Assembly: GCF_036321535.1 (NCBI RefSeq)
Contig: NC_087437.1
Span: forward strand, 14,076,001-14,140,000
Length of the DNA stretch: 64,000 nucleotides
Origin: Camelus dromedarius
Lineage: Eukaryota
Direction of reading: 5' to 3'
The position numbers were made by a program, and so were the translations under genes. The notes beneath the pieces were generated by a model. That model was not told the DNA's origin, did not search any database, and worked only from the letters and a program-made list of their open reading frames with translations. Positions 1-12,500 of this stretch are shown in pieces. Numbering within the stretch: the first letter of the stretch is position 1; every line of letters begins with the position of its first letter.

Positions 1-2770
1 GAATACTCCACCCAACAAGGCTCTTGATGGGCTTTCATGAGGAGATTAAAAGCTTTACAGATAAGCGAAAACTAAGAGTTCAGCACCACCAAACCAGCTT
101 TACAAGAAATGCTGAAGGAACTTCTCTAATTAAAAAAAAAGAAATGGCTGTAACTAGAAACACGAAAATTACAAAATGAAAAGTTCATTCGAAAGGGTAA
201 ACATACAGTAAAGTAGGAAATCATCCACGTACAAAGCTAGTAGGAAGGTTAAAAAACAAAAGCAGTAAAATCATCCACATCCACAATAAGCAGTTAAAGG
301 GTACATAAAACAATTAGATGTAAAATATGTTATCATAAACAGTAATCATGAGGAGAGTACAAATGCAAGGTTTTTAGAATGCATTTGAAATTAACAGATC
401 AGCAACTTAAAACAATCATGTATACATATAGACTCCTATATAGAAACTTCATGGTAACCACAAACTGAAAATCTATAATAGATATATATATATACAAAAA
501 AGAAAAAAGAATCCAAACATAATACTAAAGGTAATCAACAAATCACAAGAGAAGAGAAAAAAGAAGAAAAGAAAAAAAAGAGACCTACAAAAACAATCTC
601 AAAACAATTAACAAAATGGCAAAAAGAACATACATATTGATAATTATCTTAAATGTAAATGGACAAAATGCTCCAATCGAAAGACACAGAGTAACTGTGG
701 ATGGATAAAAAATAAGACCTGAATATTTGCTGCCTATTAGAGACTCATTTTATGTCTAAAGACAAATACAGACTGAAAGTGAAAAGATGGAAAAAAGTTA
801 TTTCATACAAATGGAAATCAAAAGAAAGCTTCAGTAACAATACATAAATCAGACAAAATAGATTTCAAAATAAAGACTGTTAAAAGGACACTACATAATG
901 CTCAAGGGATCAATGCAAGAAGAATATATAACAATTATAAATATATATGCACCCAACATAGGAGCACCTCAATATATAAAGCAAATATTAATGGACATAA
1001 AGGGAGAAATTGACAGTAACACAATAATAGCAAGAGACTTTAACATCCCACTTACGTCAATGGACGGATCATCCAGACAGAAAATCAATAAGGAAACACA
1101 GGCCTTAAATAACACATCAGACCAAACGGACTTAATTGATACATATATAGAGCATTCCATCCGAAAGCAGCAGAATACACGTTCTTTTCAAGCGCATATG
1201 GAACATTCTCCAGGACAGATCTCATGCTGGGCCACAAATGAATCCTCAGTAAATGTAAGAAAACTGAAATCATATTAAGCTTCTTTTCCAACCACAACAC
1301 TATGAGACTAGAAACCAACTACAAGAAAAAAAATTGCAAAACCCACAAACACATGAAGGCTAAACAATATGCTAAACAACCAATGGGTCACTGAAGAAAT
1401 CAAAGAGGAAATAAAAAAATACCTGGAGATAAATGGAAACAAAAACAAGATAATCCAAAACCTATGGGATGCAGCAAAAGCAATACTAAGAGGGAGGTTT
1501 TTAGTGATACAAGCTTACCTCAGGAACAAGAAAAATCTCAAAAAAACGACCTAAACTTACATGTAAAGCAACTAGAGAAAGAAAAACAAACAAATCCCAA
1601 AGTTACTAGAAGGAAAGAAATCATAAAGATCAGAACAGAAATAAATGAAATAGAGACTAAAAAAAACCAAGAAAAGATCAGTGAAGCTAAAAGCCGGTTC
1701 TCTGAAAAGATAAGAAAAATTGATAAAATTTTAGTCAGACTCATCAAGAAAAAAAAAGGGAGAGGGTTCAAATCAATAAAATGAGAAACAGAAAATGAGA
1801 AGTTACAACTGACACCACAGAGATACAAAGAGTCGTGAGAGACTACTACAACAACTATATGCCAATAAAACGGACAACTTAGTAAAATGGACAAATGCTT
1901 AGAAATGTACAATCTCCCAAGACTGAACCAGGAAGAAACAGAAAATATGACCAGACCAATTACCAGTATGAAATTGAATTAGTAATTTAAAAACTCCCAA
2001 CAGACAGAAGTCCAGGACCACATGGCTTCACAGGGAAATTCTACCAAACATTTAGAGAAAAGTTAATGCTTATCCTTCTGAAACTATTCCAAAAAATTGT
2101 AGAGGAAGGAATACTTCTGAACTCATTCTATGAGGCCATCATCACCCTGATACCCAAGCCAGACAAAGATATCATACAAAAAAACAAAATTACAAGCCAC
2201 TATCACTGATGAACCTAGATGCAAAAATCCTCAACACATTACTAGCAAACCAGCTCCAACAATACATTAAAAAGATCATACACCGTAATAAAGTGGGGTT
2301 TACCCCAGGGATGCCAGGACTTTTCAATATCTGCAAATCAATCAATGCGATGCACCGCATTAACATACTGAAGGACAAAAATTATATGATCATCTCAACA
2401 GATGCATTAAAAGCTTTTGATAAAATTCAACATCCATTTATGATAAAAACTCTCCAGAAAGTGGGCATAGAGGGAACATAGCTCAACATAGTAAAGACTA
2501 CAAATGACAAACCCACAACTAACATCATATTCAGTGGTGAAAAGCTGAAAGTACTTCCTCTAAGAACAGGAACAAGACAAGGATGCTCATTTTCGCCACT
2601 TTTATTCAACACAGTTTTGGAAGTCCTAGCCACAGGAGTCAGAGAATAAAAGGAAATAAAAGAGACCTTAAATTGGAAAAGAAGTAGTAAAACTGTCACT
2701 GTTTGCAGATGACATGACACTGTAAGTAGAAAATCCTAAAGATGTTACCAGAAAACTACTAAAATTCATC
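1..2770 (+). mobile_element. LINE-1 fragment (end of ORF1, inter-ORF spacer, ORF2 endonuclease to RT), degenerate and 3'-truncated
   Basis: ORF2 ATG at 616 (..IILNVNG..); [61 protein letters not shown] near 2700; frameshifts and stops. Confidence 0.95.
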
Positions 2771-3436
2771 CAAGAAGAGCTACCTAATGCTCATCTTAGA
2801 AACAATGGGGGAAATTAAAAAGAAAAAGCCATTAAAAGTACAAGGGTTTTTTTTGCATATCGAATCATTTTTTTCTTCCTAAGAACATACAAAAGGCTGC
2901 AAGGCAGATGACTTCAGAAGAACCAGTGTACTTATATTTATCTTAAATACATCTGACTACTAATAAATGAGTGCAGATGAAATATCTATGGGTTTATCTG
3001 TTCCTAATTAAATGTATTTATCTTTCAAATTGAAATGGCAATATGCACTTTAAACTCTAAAATCTTAAATATTTCTCTGCCAGATGGGTAAGATTTATAT
3101 TTAGAAAATTAATGATATTTTCCAGGAAAACTGGATTTCTTTTCAACATTTCAGGGGGCATGTTGCACTATTGCAACACTTGCTCAAACATGCTTCAAAT
3201 ACTTTACATATCAGTTACGAAAAAATAACTAGGGGCTGCGAAACTGAGTAATATGTTTTAGTCTTGTTTTTCCCTTTAGTAATTCTTAACTGGTTTGCCA
3301 TACACATTCCTAGATGGTTTATATGTAAAATTGTTTTGTGCTCTTTCTTAATTGTTGTGTCTTCTGATGACAAAAAAACACAAAACAAAACAAAAAACAA
3401 ACATGCTGTTCTTTGAAAAAAAAACCCAAAACAATA

Positions 3437-3580
3437 GGGGGGAGGGTATAGCTCAGTGGTAGAGTGCACGCTTAGCATACACAAGGTTATGGGTTTGATC
3501 CCCAGTATCTCCAGTTAAATTAAAAAAATTAAAATTAAATAAAAATTAAAAAATAAGTAATTACCTCCCCCACAAAAAAA
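3437..3580 (+). mobile_element. tRNA-derived SINE, camelid Vic-1-like
   Basis: GGGGAGGGTATAGCTCAGTGGTAGAG (A box), GGGTTTGATCCCCAG (B box), AT-rich tail ending TAATTACCTCCCCC plus an A run. Confidence 0.8.
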
Positions 3581-3929
3581 CTTTTTTTAAAAATCGAAAC
3601 CTCAAACCTTGAACATTACAGAAATGTACAACTTATAAGTCTTCTATAATCCATCCCTGATAACCACTGTTTAAGTTTTAGTACGTATTTACTAAAAAGT
3701 AAAGATTTACTTTTATCTTCATATTTTTCTAAAGAATAGAGCTTGATAGGCAGTCTTAGAAAAGTAGAATATGAAAAGAGAAGGAAAGAATAGAAAAGAA
3801 GAAGAAAATTAAAGTAAGTGGGGCACCAGCTGTGCCAGATACCAGCTAGTTGCTTCATATAAATTACTTCATTTTAGGCTTCTGGGAACTCTGAAATTTG
3901 GAGTTTTTTCCTCAATACAAAAGGCAAAC

Positions 3930-4078
3930 AATGTCAATTTCCTGGCTTTGATAATGTACTAGAGCTGTGTGAGATCTATTTGGGGAACATGGCTGATGGG
4001 TACACAGGCCCTTAGGTACTATTTTGACAACCTGTTGAGAGTCTTTAATAATTTCAAAATAAAAAGTTAAAATAAAAA
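3930..4078 (+). mobile_element. Old L1M 3'-end fragment
   Basis: ATGTCAATTTCCTGG...TAATTTCAAAATAAAAAGTT resembles an L1M 3' terminus. Confidence 0.6.
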
Positions 4079-6430
4079 CAGGCACAGAGAGGGTTAAATA
4101 AATTGCTTTAAAGTCATACTTCTAGAGAATAAAAATTAAGCATAAATAAATGAAATGGAAATAGTTACTTAGTAATAAACTAAAACCAATTCTTTTAACA
4201 TAGATTCATCAGAAACATGTAACCACCTGCTACCTAAACAAGATGCATTTACTGTGTTATGCACTCATAGTCTAGAAGGTCCTCGTGTATTGAACATCTA
4301 ACATATAGAGTCTAGAGGCAAAGGTAAGAAAAAAAATAAAGACATAATCTTTATCTTCAAAGAAAAAATAAAAAGCTTTCAATCATATCCCTAGGAATAT
4401 ACACAGTTGAGCACATACACACACATACACTCACTATAATCCAGGGACTGACTTTCCCATTTGTAGAGTGTCTTCATGAAAAAAGAAACATAGTCTAATT
4501 TCCTACTTACAAAATCTTAAGGATGAGATGGGAAAAATAGACTTTAGGCTAGAATGAAATTCTGAAGTTTGACAGCTCTTAATGCCAGTGGGTCTCTTTC
4601 CCTTTTTGACTGCTCTCATAATTCACTTTGTATAATATAATTTAGCACTTGGGTACATATTATTCTACGCTATTACCTGAGTATCTTTTCTCTCCATCTA
4701 TATTTTGACCTCATTAAGAGCTGTATTGCCTTCTAACCCCATGCTTCAGAGCACATAGTTGGTAAATGAATAAATGCTAGTTGATTTGTATTCTGTCAAC
4801 TGTATGTTACTTCCATAAAAAATTAGCTACAATATTTATAGGAGGCAGACATTGATTACATTTGATTTAACTAACAATTATAGGATTACTAGATGGAAAG
4901 TAGAGGACATCTTACTAGCTACTATATAGCCCTAAAACACTAAACTATCATGATGTATGTAACAAACTAGCATTGCCACGACAGAGCTTAAGGAAGATGA
5001 TACCCGTTTGGCAACTTTAATCCTAAAAAAAATAGTTTTCTAAGATGAGATTAAATATAAAAAGGAAATAACTATTTGGTACTTACTACAGTTTGACATT
5101 ACTTTCAGCATATTATGACTCATCCTAAAATATGAAACATCTTGGTAGACAACACATAACTAAGAAGATTTAGGTCTGAATTTTTCCTTCCTTGTTTAAG
5201 TAATGAATGGAAAAGTACTTCAGTTATAGAACACATAAAGAACACTGGCTTATTCAAAGTATCAAACATCCTAAAATATGAATGAATCAAATGATACATA
5301 GATCAAACATAGGCCAGATCTTGCTGTTTTAAGGTACAAGCTTTTATAATTTTTTCAGGTTATAAATTAGCAATCTTTAATTTCCCTACTCTGTAACAAA
5401 GTTAGAATTCAGAATTCATCCATGCCATTCATAAAAGGTTACACACACACGTATAATTACATATAAATAATTTAAATATCCAAATTGACTTTCCTATGAA
5501 AAATTTCCTGTCTTGATGGTGAATGTGCTCATATGCTTTTATATTATACTTGAACTTTCTATTGATATAGTACTATTTTGAATTATGACAACAATGAAAT
5601 TTATAATGCTATCTTTCTCTTGTTCTTTTCCTATAAGGAAAGAACATGAAACCCAGAAACTTAGCACATGAATTTACAGCAGCTCTTCCTGCCTTAAAAC
5701 ATCTTAGCAATCTGAGAAAACTAATCAACCCAGAAAATTCTCCCCTAAGGAGGAGGATTCAGGAAACTATAAATCTTTCACATCAATGTCAGAATACTAA
5801 TGCCAAGTGTCTGACCCGAAGGGATGCAGGTAAGGACAGAACCGAAGTACTTTCCTCGTTCCCACCGCACTCCTCCAATCCTAGACCTCACTGTGCTCAG
5901 TGGAGGAGGGTTACAGTTTTGACTTGTTTGCACTCTTTTTAAAGATTACACTGTTCACATTTACACAGAGCAAGATTATATTAACCTCATACAAATTCTT
6001 CTGAAGGTTCAAAAGAATTCTTTTGGAATTCTGTCTTTCCTGAGCTTATAATAATCAAGTTAAAAATTTTTCATATGATAGGGAAAACAAATGAAAATGA
6101 ACCAGAAGAACAAGCAAGAACATATGGGTACGCTAAATATTTTCAGTAGTTGAAAAACTTCTTTGAAGAAAACAGTGACATGCATTTAAATTCCCAAATC
6201 CCTGTTAAGTAGTAAATCCAACAACACTCAGGATTAGACCCAGCCTTAAAGAAAGGCAGCTCCGTATTCCAAAAAATCTGCAGGACTCATTTCTAAGTTT
6301 TGAGCACTGAAGATAGTCCTGAATGTAAGGAAAGAGTGGGGATGAGCTGGGTGCTCTGGGGCAACAGCCATACAGTACTTGTATCACAAATCAGATGTAC
6401 TCAATTTATTGTAAATATGGCTTATGGTAC

Positions 6431-6595
6431 CTCTTTAGGGTGGAAAACTATGTTATCTAGCTTGAAATCTCCATGAATCAAATTTTCTTCATTGTCATTA
6501 TCTGGCAAGTTTCTCATTAGCCAGTCAGATAGCTGGCTCATGGCAGGGATGTCCTGATGAGCTGCAGCTTGATACTGCTTTGTCCAGGTTGATAC
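6431..6595 (-). CDS. ACAD11: ACAD11 exon 5 (165 nt)
   Basis: [59 protein letters not shown] flanks. Confidence 0.95.
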
Positions 6596-9500
6596 CTAAA
6601 GATATATAAATAAGAAAAATGACAGAGCTGAAAGTAGAACGTAAGATCCAGCAATTCTAAAATCAAAACAAAATTTAATTGTATCAAATTTGGTTTTAGT
6701 CCTAAAGGCTCAAGACAAATGCCTGTAAATGATACTCATATTAGCCTAAAACATTCATATCAGCCTAGAAACTTCAACATTTAAATCTCTCTTCCATCTA
6801 GTCCCATTTTATTTACCTAGATTTTAATCAGGAAAAAAAATACTAGGAATCAAAAGATGGGGGTTCTAGTCTTTATCAGGCAATTATTTTGTGGAAGGAA
6901 AACAAAGAACATGCACAAACACACATAGATACCAAAAAAATAGACATAGAAAATTTCTGGAAGGGTCACAAGAAACAAGTAATCCCTGAAAAATGGAATA
7001 CAAAGGCTAGAAGAAGGGAGATTTTTACTTTTCATTTTAATACCCTTTCTTATAATCCATAGAATCTTCTAAATATATTACAGATATGAAGAGTGCAGAG
7101 ATTTTTCATTGTTCTTAGAATCAAATGCAAACAAGTCAACCTATTCTCAAAGTCCTCCATCAATTGAGATAATATTATTTATCAGTTTATAACCCTCCAC
7201 TTTTTAAGGTATCTGTTCAATTTAATGCAGTATAGATCTTCATCTTTGGAATCATAAGAGTTGGGTTTAAATTAAGTCTAAGCCACTTATGTTTATATTA
7301 CTTAATACCTGAAGGCCTCAGTTTCCTCATCTGCAAAATGGAAGTAATAATATCTATGTCTTAGGGTTGTCACAAAGATTAAACAGAGAGTAGACCCGCA
7401 TGCACCTAGTGTGGGGCCTGGCATATAGCGAGTATTCTTTAAACCTTAGTTCCCTTCTCTCTCCCTTCAACTCCCTCAAAAAGACATACATACAAAGGGA
7501 AACAGCCTCATATAGCTGGGATTTTATCCTTCCTTAAATACACAGTACAAGACCTATCTTTCCCAGGAAGCTTTCCCCACCTAAGGAAAGGCATATTCAT
7601 ATCTACCCTCTGAATGGAACAGCTGTCATGATGAGCACCAGACAATTTACTACCAGATTAAATACCCTTTTATACTATTTTCAAGTTTCATGTAAATGAG
7701 ATTCATGTATAGGTGTCTCAAAAATGACTACTAGTTTCTTTAGGAGAAGAACTTATTTCATGATATTTAACATAGTAGTCAGTACATATTAAACATACAT
7801 TCATGCTTAATATATATCTGTTAAACTTATTTAAAAGGGAAAACTATAGAAAATATATTGATAAATTAAGTGAAGAGTTAGAAACACCTTTAAATTTGCA
7901 TTTATGTACATGCTGTCAGTTACAGAAGCTTTTGCTGAGCAAAATCTAATCTAAACTATAGTAACCTATAATGAAAAAGAATATGAAAACAAATATATGT
8001 ATGTACATGTATGACTGAAACATTATGCTGTACATCAGAAATTGATATTGTAACTGACTATACTTCAATAAAAATTATTTTATGTTTAAAACAAGTCAAT
8101 CTGAAGGTTGATATCAAAAGTTGGCCAAGTTTCATAAAAGCATAAAATAACAGGTTTTGATTTTGACTAATAATGTATATTATGTCCAAGAACTTGAGAA
8201 AAGGAGCTCTTTGTATGAATGCATTACCTGTCTTTTGCAGTACCCAGCACCTCTACCATATCCTTCCAGCTGCAATGACTGTATATTCAGGGAATGTAAC
8301 TGAGCCAAGGTTTCCACCATGGCCACATATATGGCTGAGCGTTCTGCTGGGCTAACTCCAGGAACTGTGAAATCACGAAAAATTCGGCCCTATGGAAGGA
8401 AGCAATTACAACAGATAATTTTAAACAAAATCTTTTCATATTAGTTATTTGCTGTTTCATCATTCCCTGTTGCCTATAAAAAATATCAGGATACAGTTTT
8501 AAAACTGAAACCAATACTTTGTAGAATGTACTAGAAAAACATTCATTTGTGGAACATTTAACATGAGAGTATGATGCCAAAGGGAAAGGACAAGGATACA
8601 CCAAGATGAACTTAAAGGACAAAAACTATTCTCAAGTAACATTTTCCAAAAAAAATCTTAAAATAATTTGGATTTAGTGTTGTTAATGGATTGATTTCTC
8701 TTTTTGGGGTAGTTTTTTCCTCCTACTATCTGGACTCTTAGGTTATTGCTATTACGTATAGCTCTTTACTGACACCTAGAGTAAAATTTAAGAATAAGTC
8801 AATACACTCTAATAAATAAATTTGTTCGTTGTCTACTTCAGCAGTCCCCAAAATGAAAGTTTAATACAATATAGGGAATATAGCCAAGATTATATAATAA
8901 CTAAAAATGGAGCATAACTTTTAAAAATTATGAATCACTATGTAAATTATACATTATTTGTATATCAACTATATTACAATTTAAAAAGTTTTTTAAAGAA
9001 AAAAAAAACTCCCATAAAAAAATCAATCTTGCTGACACCTTGACTTCAAACTTCTAGCCTCCAAAACTGAGAGAATACATTTCTGTTGTTTTATGTAAAA
9101 AAAAAAAAAAAATAGAAAGAAAGGGAAAAATAGTTTAAGCCCTTGCAAAGCTAATTACCTAAAATGTGGACTAATAAACTATCATTTAGTAACATCTAAT
9201 TCCATAATTTAAAATAAAAGCAACAAAAAATGCTATTAAGTGTTAATTTACCTGCACATGTTCCATCACATAAAATTCTGTTCCAATGAGAGAAGCATCA
9301 CTGCAGTACAATAAAGGTTTGGGAACAGGGAATCCAGTTGAAAACAAAGCTTTCTGGACTTTAAATTCTCTATCAATCTACAAAAGGATGATCGATTATT
9401 AAAAATAAGAAATACAGAAATTTAAAAATTACTTGTGAACTAACATTAAGGCTAAAAATCAATTTTAAAACAGTATTAACAAATAACCCAGAGGATAATA

Positions 9501-12500
9501 ATTCCCTTAATATGTTTCTTAAAAGTAGTCTTAGTGCAATTATTACAATTATAAATTAGGCCAGCACTAAATATCGATAATTGAATTGGCTAAAAGGATA
9601 GGCACACACATGGGGCTTATTCCTGGCTCTAATAATATGAAGGCAACAGTTCCTGACCAGAATATTTCACAGATACCATCATAAAACATCTTTTTCTGAT
9701 CAGTTCTCTGATCACTGGCTCACTATTGTGTGCACTCTCATTCTGTTTGTCTGTCTCTCTCCTGTCTCCCAAGGGGGCTCAGACAAGCCTCTATTCCAAC
9801 ACTCTGGGCACGTTCAGCTACAGGGTGCTGGGGAGGGGGGCAGTGGGTGCTGGTAGAAGGGAAATGCACCCACTCCTTCTTGAGATCAATGGAGGTACTT
9901 GTCTCCAAGGCAGGACTGCTGTGGAGCAGAAGATAACTACTGGGAAAGGAGGCAATGCGAAGTAAGCTGGTACTGAAGCAGCAGCCCAAATAACATAGGA
10001 GAAGAACCTCTCAGCCAGGACAGATGTACAGCCTTATCACTCAGGACCCATGTTTGTGGGAATATGATAAGGGACCAAGAAGGTCAGAATCTGCATTTTC
10101 CATGACTGTGATATTAAACCCACCTCTCAATGGCCCTTCCCCAGTCAGTTTGGCCTGGGAAGCACCTCTTATACATGATCGTAATAACACCCTAAATATG
10201 CATCATGCTTTTAATGTTCTCCAAGACTTTGATTTCTGTCCTCTCCTAAAAATCCATAGATAATATTTGTTTTCTGAAAACAGAAAGACTCAATTTTTAA
10301 CAAGTTTTCAAAGTTGTCACTGTCTAATATTTAGAAATTCTATTAAATAATTACTCAAATATTTCTTTTTATCATCAAAAGATCAAGGGATTATCATAGC
10401 AGATATATTAAAGTAATTCAGTAAGTATATATTGTTATAAGATATAATAATGTGCTTTTAAAAACATAATTTAACCAAAGTAAAAAACATCTATAAATGA
10501 GTAGCAATGAAAATATTCACCAGGTAACTGTATTCTAGCCAATCGTATAGGAAGGAATCAAACCCACAAGAGGACTGGATATTGCTCAATATTAATAGCC
10601 TAAAGACAGCCTTAGATTTCTACCTCAAATCCTTTTTAAAAACAAAAAAGGGTACAATTCTAGTGAAATTTTTATCTAAGAAATAAAATGCATTTCTATA
10701 TTTAATAATCATGAGATGATTTTTTAAAGCTATTTAAATTGTTTTTGTGTGTATAAAATGCATTTATTTGTCAGCAATTTATCATTGCATTGTATACCAT
10801 ACCTGGTGTGCTTTAGGAAGAAGTGAACCAGGTGGTTTTTTTCTGAGTACATATGCTTGAGAGCCTTTTTGGAGATAAAAGGTTGGATTGGACTGTCCTG
10901 ATCTAGATAAAAGAGAATCACAAAGATATATTTTCTTTCTTCCCCAAATCCTGCTGAAATGTCAGAAGAAACACAAAATGAAAATAAATCCATTTCAATG
11001 CTGGAAAGTCAAGAAGGATGCTATCAGCAGCTCAGAACATGAGTTTTTGGGTGATATATAGCAGATGGTAACACGGTGGCAGATGGAGAATCTGTAATCC
11101 ATATAGGTAGAAGAGAGGACTTCATTCTATGCCTGCAAATCATGAGTTTTATCAGAAGTACCCCCTAGAACAATGCCTAGATCTAAGTAAATAAACACTG
11201 GAGAAGAGACAGAAGATGATCAGTCCAAAAATTAATTAAACATGTTGAAACCGCAGGGTTAGTGTCCTCTGATCTGCTGTTGGAGAGAGAACCTCATATG
11301 CGTCACCAAGGTTTAGCACCCAAGTACTGCTGTCTACAATGAGAATTCTGACAAGCAAGGTCCTGGAGTGGACATCTGGACCATGAAGTACAACAGTACC
11401 CCAGGTGACTCACAGACACCAGGACACTGACTTTCCTGCCCCGTGAACAGAATTTCTCACGTGGACCAATGAAATACACTCCAGCTACCAAAACTATTCA
11501 GTCTATACCTACATTTATAATGTGGATAGTTTTGAATTATCCAACATTTAAAGAATTCAACAGTATGAAAGAGACGCCTTAAACTAAATAAACACAAGAA
11601 CTAATCCCTAACAGGGGAAAGAGACAAAACATTTTTTGGAAAAAGTTTCTCCCTAGGCCTCCAGCCTCCACCTGTAAAGAACAAGGCAGTCCAGACTGAA
11701 TGAAACAGTAGCTCTAGGGTTTCTATGTTTCTCCTAAAAGCCAGACCCATCCTCCTGAGCAATCATATCAAAGAGCACCAATCTTGGCATCATCTAATCC
11801 TGTATAGGTGCCTTTTAGTATAGGAAAGTGGAGATCATTGCCAATGGTCAGAAAATGGGACCATCTCCAGCTATGTTGTCTGTCTCGACATGGGACAATT
11901 TATCTGTGATGCTCCAAGGAGTCAAGCTGCAATGAAACTTACAAAAGCATTTTTTTTTGATGCCAAGTGTCTGATTGGACGCATTTTTGATGATGCAGTC
12001 ATATACGAAGCCCTGGCCTTTTATGATGATAAATGGCCCAGACGGAATATAAAGGAAAAACTAACAGCTTCTCAATGAAGATACAATTACGTATAACCCA
12101 GCAATTCCACTCCTAGAGATATATATCCAAGAGAACCAAAGATGTTCATATAAAATGTATACAAAGATGTTCGTAGCAGCACTACTTACAACAACCACAA
12201 AGTGAAAACAAGCCAAACGTCTGCTGACAGATGAATGGTAAACAAAATGTGGTATAGCCATACAATAGAGTATCACTCAGCCATGAAAGAAATGAAGTTC
12301 TGATACAGGCTACAACATGGATGGACTTTGAAAACATTATGCCAAGTGAAAAAAGCCAGTCACAAAAGGCCATATATTATGTGATTCTATCTCTATGTAA
12401 TGTCCAGAATATGTAAATCCATAGTGACAGAAAGTAGATTAGTGGCATCTAGAGGATGGGAGGAAGGGCGCACTGGGAAGTAAGGGTTTCTTTTTGAGTG

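Noticed and set aside
898..2720. Multiple ORFs of 60-126 aa
   Set aside because: Frameshifted fragments of L1 ORF2 and their antisense shadows, not host genes
3437..3512. Possible tRNA gene
   Set aside because: No intact cloverleaf or acceptor stem, and it is followed by a SINE-type AT-rich tail, so it is called as a SINE
6010..6025. Perfect 16-bp palindrome CAAAAGAATTCTTTTG
   Set aside because: AT-rich and short; about one such palindrome is unremarkable in 64 kb, and there is no supporting context
1..6430. ACAD11 exon 6 or the nested ACKR4 gene expected from human synteny
   Set aside because: No matching sequence (such as VIAVLDWELST or a long GPCR ORF) in the window; presumably left of it
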